Shown one piece after another: positions 22,183 to 33,398 of a stretch of DNA of 64,000 nt. The position numbers and the translations under genes were made by a program. This stretch comes from a virus. A model generated the notes under the pieces. The model made no database searches. It saw nothing but the letters and a program-made list of their open reading frames with translations, and was not told the DNA's origin. The first letter of the stretch is position 1, and every line of letters begins with the position of its first letter. Location: positions 64,001 to 128,000 of IMG/VR virus record IMGVR_UViG_3300009082_000017. One strand, 5' to 3'.

Positions 22183-22211
22183 TTGACAAATTCTTATAAC
22201 TATGATAAACT
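22183..22211 (+). promoter_or_regulatory. sigma70-type promoter
   Basis: TTGACA-17 bp-TAAACT with TG extension. Confidence 0.8.
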
Positions 22212-22240
22212 TGTATTATCTTAGTTATAAGGAGGCATTA

Positions 22241-22597
22241 ATGAGGATGTGGCAATTACCAACGAATTTGCTTTGCAGAAATCATTTGCTTGGGGAGCAT
22301 TCAGAATTGCATAAGCATAAACATAATTTTGAAAAACATCATAGTATTTCTGGGCGTATCAGCCCAATTGTACTGATAGAGCCAGAAAACATGCAGAAAC
22401 GACATGATGAACTGGCACAAGAAATGCTTCGTAGAGGATACAACCATCAAAGTCCATATGAACAACCAGATTTATCATATTTGCCAGATAATGAACGATA
22501 TGCAAAAGTTGACATGGATTATAATATTAGGGATTTAATGGATAGGTGTGTTGAGTGTAGGAAAAGGATTGAGAAATATTATGAAAATTTGGCGTAA
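22241..22597 (+). CDS. pyrimidine-dimer DNA glycosylase / T4 endonuclease V family protein
   Basis: MRMW...LCRNHLLGEHSELH...RHDELAQEMLRRGYNH; ATG 22241 after AAGGAGG. Confidence 0.75.
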   Translation: MRMWQLPTNLLCRNHLLGEHSELHKHKHNFEKHHSISGRISPIVLIEPENMQKRHDELAQEMLRRGYNHQSPYEQPDLSYLPDNERYAKVDMDYNIRDLMDRCVECRKRIEKYYENLA

Positions 22598-22796
22598 AGA
22601 TAAAAGAGTACGATGTTTAAACTGTTATCATGAGTTTTGGATGGATGCGAAATTGCCTAAAAAAATGTCGTGGTGTCCTCGTTGCAACAGCTTAAATATT
22701 GAGTTCGCCAAAGAATATGGCAAACAAGTAATTGAGTTAAGAGAATATGGAGTCTAATAAAATGGGGATTTCATGGAATTTTAGAAGGAGTAAGTA

Positions 22797-23582
22797 TTGA
22801 AACTATATTATAAAGACGAATATTGCACTTTACTTCAAGGTGATTGTCTTGAAGGCATGCAGAAAATGGCAGAAAAGGGTTTGAAATTTGATGCAATCAT
22901 AACAGACCTTCCCTATGGAACTACTGCTTGTAAATGGGATACAATTATTCCTTTTGATAAAATGTGGGAATGTTTGAATAATTTAAGAAAAGATAATTCA
23001 CCAATTATTTTGTTTGGAAGCGAGCCATTTAGTAGCTTGTTGAGATGTAGTAATCTGAAGGAATTCAAGTATGATTGGATTTGGAGGAAAAATACAGGGA
23101 CAGGGTTTGCAACGGCAAAATATCAACCATTAAAATATCATGAAATTATATCAATATTTTCAATTGGCAAAATAAAATATAACCCCATCCCAACTGAAAG
23201 ATTTAGCGAAGCAAGTAAAAGGGTATGTAAAAATCCAGTAAGAGGTGGCGGGAAAACAACAAGCAACCATGTTCCAATGAATATTGTGAAAGTCCAATAT
23301 GATAGCGAAACAAAAACGCCAGAAAGCGTTTTAGAATTTAAAAGTGTTCCTAATGCTGGAGGAAATAAATTGCATCCAACGCAGAAACCAATTGAACTAT
23401 TAGAGTATCTTATAAAAACATATACAAATGAAGGTGATATAATTTTAGATTTTACTTGTGGATCTGGAACTACTTTATTAGCAAGTAAAAAATTAAATCG
23501 TAAATGTTATGGTGTTGAATTAGAAAAGAAATATTGTGAAGTTACCAAAAATAGATTAATTGAGTTAGATAATACCCCATGA
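22797..23582 (+). CDS. N4-cytosine/N6-adenine DNA methyltransferase (beta class)
   Basis: TDLPY, HPTQKP, LDFTCGSGTT. Confidence 0.92.
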   Translation: MKLYYKDEYCTLLQGDCLEGMQKMAEKGLKFDAIITDLPYGTTACKWDTIIPFDKMWECLNNLRKDNSPIILFGSEPFSSLLRCSNLKEFKYDWIWRKNTGTGFATAKYQPLKYHEIISIFSIGKIKYNPIPTERFSEASKRVCKNPVRGGGKTTSNHVPMNIVKVQYDSETKTPESVLEFKSVPNAGGNKLHPTQKPIELLEYLIKTYTNEGDIILDFTCGSGTTLLASKKLNRKCYGVELEKKYCEVTKNRLIELDNTP

Positions 23583-23887
23583 AACTGTTGTTTCATTGAA
23601 AATTTAAAGGAGAGAAAATGAAATACTACAAATATGATTACGGTGCGATTGGCGCTTATTGCTTTGGATTTTCAAATTTGATTGAATCTGATTCTCTTGG
23701 AAATGCAATAAATGAAATTACAAAGAAATCAGAGAGGTTATTTAATCATTATGAGTATGGTGGTTTTGGTGAAGCATCTAGATTCGAAATTAATGAAATT
23801 TCTGAAAGATTATATAACGAGTTGTCAGAAGGAAATAAAAGATTTACCCAATGAAATGTCCAATTCATGTGGTAGAAAGGTTTAGGC

Positions 23888-24421
23888 ATGCCAAGACCAA
23901 TAGAATTTAATGATTATATAACTGAAGGTAATATTACAATAATAAAATTGAATCATAAACCAAACATTCTTTGGGCAATTATAGATACGGAAGATTTGCC
24001 AAAATTAATTGATTTAGAGTATAGATGGTGCGCCAGATATAGAAAATATTTAGATGATTATTATGTTCAATGCAACACATATTTTGGCGGAGTTCATAAA
24101 ACTTTTACATTACATCAGTTTGTTTTAAATTATTTTGAAAAATCAGGAATAGATCACATTAATGGTGATACATTAGATAATAGAAAATCAAATTTGAGAA
24201 TTAGTGATAAAAGGCAAAATCATCAAAATAGGAAATCAAAAAACGCAAACAATAAAACAGGATACAGAAATGTATGCTTTATAAAAGGCAAATATGTTGT
24301 AACATTGCAAATAGATGGAAAGCAAAAAACTTTAGGTAGATTTGATGATGTTGATAAAGCGGGTGCTTTTGCCGAAGAAATGAGACAAGATCACTATAAA
24401 GATTGGGCTGGTAATAATTAA
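23888..24421 (+). CDS. HNH homing endonuclease with AP2-like C-terminus
   Basis: IDHINGDTLDNRKSNLR; close paralogue of 18258-18791. Confidence 0.85.
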   Translation: MPRPIEFNDYITEGNITIIKLNHKPNILWAIIDTEDLPKLIDLEYRWCARYRKYLDDYYVQCNTYFGGVHKTFTLHQFVLNYFEKSGIDHINGDTLDNRKSNLRISDKRQNHQNRKSKNANNKTGYRNVCFIKGKYVVTLQIDGKQKTLGRFDDVDKAGAFAEEMRQDHYKDWAGNN

Positions 24422-24440
24422 TTAAAAAAGGAGAATCCAA

Positions 24441-25580
24441 ATGAACCAAACCCTATACCAAAAAGATTCAAGTGATAGAATTCGTTCCTGGCAAATTGAG
24501 GTTATTCAACATTCTGATTCTAGCGATATTGTTATTAGCACAGGATTATTAGATGGTGCTAAAGTAAAAACTGTAACTCAAATTACAGAAGGAAAGAATA
24601 TTGGTAAGTCCAATGGCACAGATCATTATTCTCAGGCCATATTAGAAGCCAATAGTAAAATTGAATCACAACTTAAAAAGGGATATGTTAAGGATTTTGA
24701 TAATATCCAGAGTAAAGATGTTTTGGGGAGTGGTGTGCTTGCGCCGATGCTTGCCCACAAACATCATCCTACTGGTGCGCAAAAGAGTAGTAAAACTTTA
24801 GCACAGATGGGTATTTTGGGGAAGAAGATATTCTGCCAGCCGAAGCTAGATGGGAATAGATGCCTAATTAAAGTTGAAAATGGTGTAGCGACTATGTACA
24901 CGAGAAGCGGCGATGTTATGCCGGTGCAGCTTAAAAATATTTTAGATGATGTTCTTAAGGGTCGTACTCAAGTAGAATCTTTTATTTTAGATGGCGAATT
25001 GTTTTCAAACAAATTTTCTTTCAATAAATTAAATGGATTGATCAAACGTCAAACGGTATCAAAAGAGGATATTGAAGAACGAAAAAACATCAAGTATCAT
25101 TTGTATGACGTTATGACAGATGAAGGTTATGAAAAGCGTTATGACTTTATTAAAAACTTCGCCTCTGATAATATCGAAGTAATCCCTAATTTTGAGATTA
25201 TTGCAACAGATGAAAATATTCAAAAATATCTTGAACAATTCCTTGCCGCAGGGAACGAAGGGTTGATGATCCGGCAACTTGGAATGCCTTACGATCATAA
25301 ACGTAGTTGGCAATTGGTTAAGGTTAAGGTGTTTGAAGATGAAGAGTTTGAATTAATTGGGTTCGAGGAAGATAAGAGAAAAGGCTTTGTTGGAGCGTTT
25401 GTTATGTTGAATAAAGATGGAAATACTTTTAATGCTGGAGCTTCAGGACAGGGTGAGCAGGAACGAACTTATATGTGGAGCCATCCAGAAGAATTTATTG
25501 GTAAAATGGCGACAGTGTGTTATTTTGGCATGTCTGAGTACAATGTGCCCCGATTCCCCAAATTCAAAGGGCCAAAGTAA
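24441..25580 (+). CDS. ATP-dependent DNA ligase
   Basis: motif I QPKLDGNR, LDGEL, YDV, EGLMIR, KVK, C-terminal OB PRFP. Confidence 0.92.
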   Translation: MNQTLYQKDSSDRIRSWQIEVIQHSDSSDIVISTGLLDGAKVKTVTQITEGKNIGKSNGTDHYSQAILEANSKIESQLKKGYVKDFDNIQSKDVLGSGVLAPMLAHKHHPTGAQKSSKTLAQMGILGKKIFCQPKLDGNRCLIKVENGVATMYTRSGDVMPVQLKNILDDVLKGRTQVESFILDGELFSNKFSFNKLNGLIKRQTVSKEDIEERKNIKYHLYDVMTDEGYEKRYDFIKNFASDNIEVIPNFEIIATDENIQKYLEQFLAAGNEGLMIRQLGMPYDHKRSWQLVKVKVFEDEEFELIGFEEDKRKGFVGAFVMLNKDGNTFNAGASGQGEQERTYMWSHPEEFIGKMATVCYFGMSEYNVPRFPKFKGPK

Positions 25581-25623
25581 ATCCCAATGAATCGTTGATT
25601 TTGTTGGCTAAAAAAGGAGTAAA

Positions 25624-26001
25624 ATGGCAAAAAGACTTGCAGAATTTCAAAAATATAAATTCATCAATCCAGATCCAACCCTACGAAACAATCTTATGGC
25701 TTTTGGGTTTGAAATTGGTGACGGTTGGATTCCTATCATGCGAGAACTGTGTGAGAAAATTCAAGCAGAAATTGATTCTGATCCTGAAGCTTATAAGGAC
25801 TTAGAATTTACACAAGTGAAAGAAAAATGGGGTGGGTTAAGGGTATATTTAACTTATTATTATCCTAAGATTGAAGAATTGGTGGATGATGCTGAAGCGA
25901 AGTCTTTTGAAACTTGTGAAATTTGTGGTAAACCAGGGGAATTAAGAGACAGAGGTTGGATGTCAACTTTATGTAATGAGTGTAACGAAAAGGAGAAATA
26001 A
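25624..26001 (+). CDS. conserved phage hypothetical protein
   Basis: GDGW...QVKEKWGGLRVY...CEICG. Confidence 0.75.
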   Translation: MAKRLAEFQKYKFINPDPTLRNNLMAFGFEIGDGWIPIMRELCEKIQAEIDSDPEAYKDLEFTQVKEKWGGLRVYLTYYYPKIEELVDDAEAKSFETCEICGKPGELRDRGWMSTLCNECNEKEK

Positions 26002-26255
26002 TATGAAAGGCAAATTCAGGAAAGACCATGACGATCACAACTATTTTATTCCAGAAATCTCTCTAGAAGCTTTTGACGATTATCAGACTAGGCTTGGATT
26101 ACTTGATTTTTATGGAGATGAGTGGGAGGCTTTGAATGATGAGTTTTTAGAAAGATTTGAGAAACTTGTTTTGAAGTACCCGCCCAATCATTATTTAATT
26201 GAAATGTCATTACCATGAAATGCCAGTTTTATTAGAATGACGGAAAGGATAAATT

Positions 26256-26696
26256 ATGTGTAGACCAGAACCAGAAAGGACACCTATGGCTGTTTATGAA
26301 AGACCAGAACCAACTACACTACCTCCAACATCAAGACCAACTATTCATAATGAGAATTGTTGTTCACATTGCGGAAGTGGAATTGATGCAGAAGACAAAA
26401 ATTGTACAAGATGTGGTGCCCCAAATGAAAATTATATGCAAAATAATATCAAAAAACAAACATATAATAAGGTTGTATGGATGGATGAATGTTTATATTT
26501 TGATTCAAATGGGTTTACACGGCTTAGTCATAAGGCGAAAAATGGAATTGTTGGAATTGTAGACAAAAGTAATGAAAATTCTTATACATATTACAGAATG
26601 GATACATATATGCCTCATGAAACCTATGACATTATTGGTTGTAGTGATTTGAAAAATAAAACAGTTTTAGTAAGTTACAACCCCATGAATGTGTAA
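26256..26696 (+). CDS. zinc-ribbon protein
   Basis: CSHCG...CTRCG; bounded by dyads 26215 and 26685. Confidence 0.65.
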   Translation: MCRPEPERTPMAVYERPEPTTLPPTSRPTIHNENCCSHCGSGIDAEDKNCTRCGAPNENYMQNNIKKQTYNKVVWMDECLYFDSNGFTRLSHKAKNGIVGIVDKSNENSYTYYRMDTYMPHETYDIIGCSDLKNKTVLVSYNPMNV

Positions 26697-28095
26697 TTTT
26701 ATGGAAAAGAAATGGTGGATAAATATTAAAAAGATGAATAATGATATAAATGTATTGCCCGTTGGTGATATAAAATCGCATATCGAAGATGCAACTTGCC
26801 CCTGCAATCCGAGAATTGAAGTTATAAGGGCTAATTTATTAATTGTTCATCATGCTTGGGATAATAGAGAATTATTTGAGGAAATTGATGCTGCTATAAA
26901 AGATGGTAGTTTAATGAAATAGTGCTTTCATGGATAAAATTAAGGAGAAATAATGGATTATAAAAAGGTTTACGGGCACGTTGATAAGTTTGGTGATTTT
27001 TATGAGGATAAAGAAGAGGCATCAGATGAACCGGATTTGATTATTAATTTTGACGAATATTTTCGATGGTTTTATGTTATGAAAATTGTCAAATTTTTCA
27101 AGAAACTATTACACATAAAATGAGCAATTCATGGAGTACAAATGAATAGTAAAAATAAAAACATACAGACAATAATTTGGATTCTAGGAATCATATTATT
27201 CCTTATAATTACTTTTGGAGAAAGTTTTAGGTGGTGGTAAAGTGACAAAAGAAAAGAAAATTTTACATAATCGTGCTCAATGCAAAAAATGCAACGATAT
27301 TATTGAATCAAAAACTGTTCATAATTTTGTTTCTTGTAAATGTGGTGAAATTTTTATTGATGGTGGTTTAGAATATTGCCATTGGGGAGCTAATGATTTG
27401 GATAATATTATTGATATGTGTGAATATGAAAGCGAAGAATCTAATGGGTAAACTTGGAATACAATTAGTTTTTAAGCCAACATCCGAAGATTATGAAGAT
27501 GATGAATTTTATCGTTTTGATAATTTAAATTGGGGACTATCTGATTACAGTTTCTTTGGAAACGATACTTCTGCTGGAGACTGGTATATAGAATCTATTG
27601 GATTTTCAGATTTATATGAAGGTTATTTAAAAGAAGTTATTGATCCTATTGCTATAGAAAGAATAAGAGAATATTCGCAAAATACAAATTATGATAGACT
27701 CTATGATAAGAAAATACAGATTCCAATTCTTGTTGATGCTTGGTGGGAAGAAGAAATTGATTGGGAGTCAGGTGTAGATGAAGGCTCATATGAATTTCAG
27801 TTTGATAGAATTTTAGATATATAATTAGTATGGAAGGAATGAAAATGTATAAAGATATTTGTACAATAGCGACAGTATTATTGCGAGATGGAACTTTCTT
27901 ACGGGCAGTAATATTTGATGATAATAATCCCAAAGAAAGATCAATCCAAGACGAAGCGATAATTCGTCAAAAGTTTACTGAAGATAAATTAATAGCATTT
28001 CAAACCGCAAATATCAATGGTCATTTCCATCCTATTAATGTTTTGTGGTATGATATTATTTTTGAAGAGTTTTAACCCCATAAAAGGAGAATTTC

Positions 28096-28371
28096 ATGGA
28101 TTACAGAGATGAGATACAAGAATTTTTAAAAGAGTTTGAAAAAGAATTTAAATTAAATTTACAACAACTAAATTGGGTAGACCAAAGACTAGAGGAAGTA
28201 TATAGTTTTGGTTTAGACGATGGTCAAAATTCTAGATCTGAAAAAGATTATGACGAAGGCTATAGTGACGCTAAAGATTATTTTACAAACGAAGATAGAG
28301 AAGATGAATTTTATGACGATGGATATAAAAAAGGATATGAAGAAGCAAAAAGGGATTATGGGATCGAATGA
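28096..28371 (+). CDS. acidic hypothetical protein
   Basis: ATG in the right arm of dyad 28080; SD (AAGGAG) formed by the left arm plus spacer. Confidence 0.7.
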   Translation: MDYRDEIQEFLKEFEKEFKLNLQQLNWVDQRLEEVYSFGLDDGQNSRSEKDYDEGYSDAKDYFTNEDREDEFYDDGYKKGYEEAKRDYGIE

Positions 28372-29345
28372 AAATTAACACTGAAGAATATTATGATTAT
28401 GACGATCTTGTTATTAAACCGAAACCATCATCTATCCCATCAAGGGATGATGTTGATATTTCTGTTAATGTGCTAGATAGATTCACATTAAAATTTCCAG
28501 TTTTTGCAAGCCCAATGAGGGCAATTGTAAACGCTGATTTTTGTAAATTGTTTGCTGATTTAGGAGGTTGTGGAATCCTTCATCGTTTCTATGACACAAA
28601 AGACGAATGGTATCTAGAAGCAGAAAAAATATCTGAAGCAAAAATATTTGGTTTGTCTATTGGCATGAATGATTATGCAGTTGCCATGGATTTTCTTAAA
28701 TTTAATCCTCATGTGATTTTATTAGATGTCGCAAATGGCTACACCGACTCTGTTATTAATTTTTGTAAAAGTTTGCGAAAGTTAATTGATAAGGAAAGTC
28801 CTAGTACGTTATTAATGGCTGGCAATATTGCAAGTTATGAAGGAGCCGAAAATCTTTATAAAGCAGGTGTTGATATGGTTCGCTGCGGAATTGGGGGTGG
28901 CGGTCTTTGCTCAACTAGGAATAAAACTGGTGTGGCGGTTCCTCAACTTTCAGCAGTTATGGATTCATCTAAATCTGATGTGTTTATTGTAAATGATGGT
29001 GGAATTAGAAATGCTGGTGATGCAACAAAAGCATTTATAGCAGGAGCAGATGCAATTATGTGTGGCAGTATCCTTGCACAAACTTATGAAAGTCCAGCCG
29101 AGAATACCATTTTCGGTATGGCCTCAAGAAAGTTACAGGATTTGCGTCACACACAAGTAAAATCTGTTGAAGGAATTGAAAAGTTTATTGAAAAGAAAAT
29201 GTCTCTAAAAGATTTTGTGGAAGAATTTTCTTGGGATATGCGATCTACTGGAACAATGATTAATGCTAGAAGTCTTCAAGAAATGCGAAATAATGGCGAA
29301 TTTCTTAAGGTTGGCAAAGGTACATTGAGTCTTGACAAGAATTAG
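28368..29345 (+). CDS. GMP reductase / IMP dehydrogenase family enzyme (no CBS domains)
   Basis: ASPM, DVANG, AGNIA, GIGGGGLCSTR (catalytic Cys), DGGIR, GMAS, VEG. Confidence 0.9.
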   Translation: MKINTEEYYDYDDLVIKPKPSSIPSRDDVDISVNVLDRFTLKFPVFASPMRAIVNADFCKLFADLGGCGILHRFYDTKDEWYLEAEKISEAKIFGLSIGMNDYAVAMDFLKFNPHVILLDVANGYTDSVINFCKSLRKLIDKESPSTLLMAGNIASYEGAENLYKAGVDMVRCGIGGGGLCSTRNKTGVAVPQLSAVMDSSKSDVFIVNDGGIRNAGDATKAFIAGADAIMCGSILAQTYESPAENTIFGMASRKLQDLRHTQVKSVEGIEKFIEKKMSLKDFVEEFSWDMRSTGTMINARSLQEMRNNGEFLKVGKGTLSLDKN

Positions 29346-29360
29346 TTTATGTGATATAGT
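29332..29360 (+). promoter_or_regulatory. sigma70-type promoter of the RNA-repair operon
   Basis: TTGACA-17 bp-TATAGT with TG extension. Confidence 0.8.
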
Positions 29361-29393
29361 TATGGTATAAAATAAATAAACCAAGGAGATAAT

Positions 29394-30482
29394 ATGAGCA
29401 CATTGATTGTAGAAATTTGCGAAATTGAAAACGTCCAGAAGCATCCTAACGCTGACCGATTATCGGTAGCCCAAGTGAAGGGTTGGAACGTGATCATCGG
29501 ATTAGACCAATATAAAAATGGAGACCTCGTAACATTTATCCCTCCAGATTGCATCATACCTCCTAACCTTATTGAAGAACATAAGTTGGAATATTTACGT
29601 AGCGATGGTCGCACCAAAAGTGTTAAACTTCGTGGGTATTTGTCTCAAGGTCTTGTGTTAGATGTACCTAAAGGAAAATTCAAATTAGGAGATGATGTAT
29701 CTTCTGTTTTGGGTATTACAAAATGGCAACCTCCTGAACCAAAATATTCTGCACAAAATCAAACAAAGAAAACTTCTAAAAAGAAAATTAATCCTTTGTT
29801 TGATAAATATACTGATATTGAGAATATCAAACATTATAATGATGTTTTCAAAGATGGTGATATTGTTGCGATAACCGAAAAGATCCATGGCGCGAATTCA
29901 CGTTACGCCAATCTTGAAATTTCTATCAATAAAAACCAACCATTCTTTGATAGGATTGAATCATTTATTAAAAAATATATTTTAAAACATACTCATGAAT
30001 TTGTATATGGTTCACACAATGTTCAAATTACTTATCATTCAAACAGAAAGTCTTTCTATGGAGAAGATGTTTGGGGGAGTATTGCAAAGAAATATAATTT
30101 GGCAAATATTATTCCTCAAGATTATATTGTTTATGGTGAGGTGTATGGGCAAGGAATTCAAGATTTGACCTATGGGCTTTCTAGTGTTGATTTAGTAGTA
30201 TTTGATATTAAATATAAAAATCAATATTTAGATTGGGAAGTTGTAAAAGATTTATGCCAGCAATGGAATTTAAAGACTGTCCCACAATTATATGTAGGAG
30301 AATTTTCAAATGAAATCCTAAGACTGACTGATGGGAATTCTATGGTTTGCCCATATCAAATTCGTGAGGGAATTGTAATCAAGATGCTTCATGAAGAAAA
30401 TGATCCTATAATTGGGAGGAAAATTTTGAAGAGTGTTAGTGCTGATTATTTGACCCGTAAGGGAGCGACGGAATACCAATGA
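29394..30482 (+). CDS. RNA ligase, DRB0094/Rnl5-like family
   Basis: N-terminal HPNADRL tRNA-binding-like domain, KLRGYLSQG, motif I TEKIHGAN, YGEVYG, FDI, REGIV, LKSVS. Confidence 0.88.
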   Translation: MSTLIVEICEIENVQKHPNADRLSVAQVKGWNVIIGLDQYKNGDLVTFIPPDCIIPPNLIEEHKLEYLRSDGRTKSVKLRGYLSQGLVLDVPKGKFKLGDDVSSVLGITKWQPPEPKYSAQNQTKKTSKKKINPLFDKYTDIENIKHYNDVFKDGDIVAITEKIHGANSRYANLEISINKNQPFFDRIESFIKKYILKHTHEFVYGSHNVQITYHSNRKSFYGEDVWGSIAKKYNLANIIPQDYIVYGEVYGQGIQDLTYGLSSVDLVVFDIKYKNQYLDWEVVKDLCQQWNLKTVPQLYVGEFSNEILRLTDGNSMVCPYQIREGIVIKMLHEENDPIIGRKILKSVSADYLTRKGATEYQ

Positions 30483-31312
30483 AAAAAGTTATTCTCACTA
30501 AGGGACTCCAAGGTTGCGGGAAAACAACTTGGGCAAAACAGATGCAAGCAGATTTTCCTAATCAGTATAAGCGCGTCAATAAGGACGATCTTAGACTCAT
30601 GCTTGATAATTCTATTTGGAGCAAAGGAAATGAAAAGTTTGTTTTAAAACTTCGTGATCATATTATTTTACAAGCATTAGAAGATGGAAAGCATGTGATT
30701 GTGGACGACACTAATTTAAATGTCGTCCACGAAAACCATATCAAAGAATTAGTAAAGGGTTTGGCAGAAGTAGAAATAAAAGACTTCACGGACATTGATA
30801 TTGAAACTTGTATCAAAAATGATACTAAACGTGCTAATCCTGTTGGAGAAAAGATTATTCGTCAAACCTATAAACAATGGTTGTATAAAGAACCGGTTAA
30901 GCCAGAATATATAAACGATGCTCCAGATGTGATTATTTGTGACATGGATGGTACACTATCATTATTCGGTGATAAGAATCCATACGAAAGAGATTTTGAA
31001 AATGATATATTAAATAATGTTATTTATGATATTATCAAAAATAAAAACTTACTTTTCGTTTCTGGACGTAAAAATAAATATAGAAATAAAACATTAGAAT
31101 TTTTGCAAAACAATAATATTAAATTTATTTCTTTGTTTATGCGAGGCGATGAGGATGATAGAAAAGATTCTATTGTCAAAAAAGAAATTTACGAGAAATA
31201 TATCTTAGGGAAATATAATGTTCAATTTGTTTTAGATGATCGAACACAGGTTGTAAAATTATGGCGTTCTTTAGGACTGACATGTCTACAAGTAGCAGAT
31301 GGTGATTTTTAA
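30479..31312 (+). CDS. polynucleotide 5'-kinase / 3'-phosphatase (T4 PseT-like)
   Basis: P-loop GLQGCGKTT, NKDDLR, HAD DMDGT, SGR, DDRTQVV. Confidence 0.92.
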   Translation: MKKVILTKGLQGCGKTTWAKQMQADFPNQYKRVNKDDLRLMLDNSIWSKGNEKFVLKLRDHIILQALEDGKHVIVDDTNLNVVHENHIKELVKGLAEVEIKDFTDIDIETCIKNDTKRANPVGEKIIRQTYKQWLYKEPVKPEYINDAPDVIICDMDGTLSLFGDKNPYERDFENDILNNVIYDIIKNKNLLFVSGRKNKYRNKTLEFLQNNNIKFISLFMRGDEDDRKDSIVKKEIYEKYILGKYNVQFVLDDRTQVVKLWRSLGLTCLQVADGDF

Positions 31313-32381
31313 CCCCATGAAATAACCCTTTTATTGGGATTTTTCAATCAATTATTAGTAAAAAGGAGAGAAAATGGACGCAAAATGATGTTGGATTTAG
31401 GAAAAGAAAACGGACTACAAACTATGCGCGAATGTTATGAATCTGTTATGACAGACTATAAAAAGTTTTTCTCAGATGAAAATTATTTGAATGAAGAAGC
31501 TACTTTTGAAAATGATATTGATAAATATGGTCTAGAATTGACTGACACTATTAAAGAAGCTTATGTTAAACTTGGTGTTGAAGAATCTGTTTGGAATGAA
31601 GTAGAAGATTCACAAAATAAAAATTTATTAGGATGTTAAAGGATAAAATATGACAAATAAAATCACCATCACCTCAATAACTATAACTCCTCCTAAAACT
31701 ATTGTTCGTTGGAGTGATAAAACACGCACAGAAGTAAACTGCGATACAGATCCTTTTGATGAAGAAAAAGGTGTATTGTTATGTATTTGTAAGAAATTTT
31801 TAGGGTCATATTCTGAAGTTATGAAGGCAGTGGATATGGGCAAGAATGATGTTAAGGAAAGTATTAAGAAGTTTAATGAGAGTAGGAAATTACTCTAATG
31901 AAATCTCTGTTTCATGGAGTAAGGAAAATTATGGACTGGATATTTAAAAGATTAACTTGTTTCTTTAAAGGATGCAATAAAACATATTGGCACGAAAATG
32001 AATATGTTGGAGGAACTGATTGCTCTAGATGCGAAGCGGGGATTGAAAGTACAGGATATAAAACTTCACATAAATTATTTGAAGGCAATCTTATTGCTAG
32101 ATTGTTTCCTAGATTTTGGATGGATTATTTTGAATAGGAGAAAATAAAATGGAAGTATCTTTTTATGGCATACATGGAAACTCTGGTATGATTGGATTTT
32201 CTTTAAATTGGGAAGATCCAAAATTTGGGTTTGGGCAAATTGAGATCAATCAAGGTAATGCAGATGGGAAGATTTTTATTGATTCAGAATCAATGTCGCC
32301 AGAATTTGTAAAATCGGTATTGTGTGCGTTGGTTGATAATAGCACCATGAAATAGCATTTTCATGTGGTTAAAAAGGAGTA

Positions 32382-32780
32382 ATGATGATAGATTTTTGGG
32401 ATAGCGATTATATAAAAAAATCAAGAAAAGATCATGTGTGTGAATTTTGCCATGGTAAAATCTTGCAAAGTAGTTCGTGTTATCATGAACATGGCAAATA
32501 TGACGGAGAATTTCAAGATTATTATTTATGTGAAAGATGCAGAGAATTGATTGATAGCCGAGATGAAAGATGGGAATGGTATGATTCTGGAGAGCTTGGA
32601 GAATTTCATGAATTATTTATAGATGGCGGTTATATTAAATGCCCCAAATGTGGATCTAATAATTATGATGAAATAGACTATTCTGGAGATGCGCTGTCTT
32701 GCACAATTTCTTGTGATAACTGTGAAAACGAATATAAATTAAATTTATCAGCAGAAAATCTTTTGGGACAAAACAAATGA
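32382..32780 (+). CDS. Cys-rich zinc-binding hypothetical protein
   Basis: four CxxC pairs. Confidence 0.65.
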   Translation: MMIDFWDSDYIKKSRKDHVCEFCHGKILQSSSCYHEHGKYDGEFQDYYLCERCRELIDSRDERWEWYDSGELGEFHELFIDGGYIKCPKCGSNNYDEIDYSGDALSCTISCDNCENEYKLNLSAENLLGQNK

Positions 32781-33038
32781 ACATAAATGAATCTTTTGGT
32801 AAAGAGTTTGATGCTTTATCTGTTGAAAGCAATCAATTAATGACTTACGTGACAGAGATTAGAAATAAAATTAATGATATTCCTCAGATAACAGACTTAA
32901 ATGTTTGTTTAGAATTAGAAAAAGAATATGGTAATCTTGGAGAATATACTAGGCTTTTAGGAGATACGTTTTTCAAATTATCACAAATGTATCATTATGT
33001 TAGACTAGTGAACAAAGTTGCTTTGGACGAACAATAAT

Positions 33039-33362
33039 ATGAAAATAAATAGACAACAAGTTTTAGATAAATATAACGGTCATTGCGCTTATTGCGGATG
33101 TGGAATAACACTAAAGACAATGCAAGTAGATCATAAAAAGTCAAAAGCATATGGTGGAACAGACGAATACCAAAATCTTATGCCATCATGTAGATTGTGT
33201 AATCATTATAAACGAGCCAATAACTTAGAAACGTTTCGAAGATATATTATAGAAATGTATAAAAAATTATCAAAGGTTTATATTTTCAGAGTAGCCGAGA
33301 AATATGGAATGTTTGTATGGAAAGATTGGGATGGAAAGTTTTATTTTGAGAGATTGCCATGA
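33039..33362 (+). CDS. HNH endonuclease
   Basis: CAYCG...VDH...NLMPSCRLCNHYK. Confidence 0.85.
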   Translation: MKINRQQVLDKYNGHCAYCGCGITLKTMQVDHKKSKAYGGTDEYQNLMPSCRLCNHYKRANNLETFRRYIIEMYKKLSKVYIFRVAEKYGMFVWKDWDGKFYFERLP

Positions 33363-33398
33363 AAGTTATTTTATAATGTTGATAAAAGGATAAAATCT

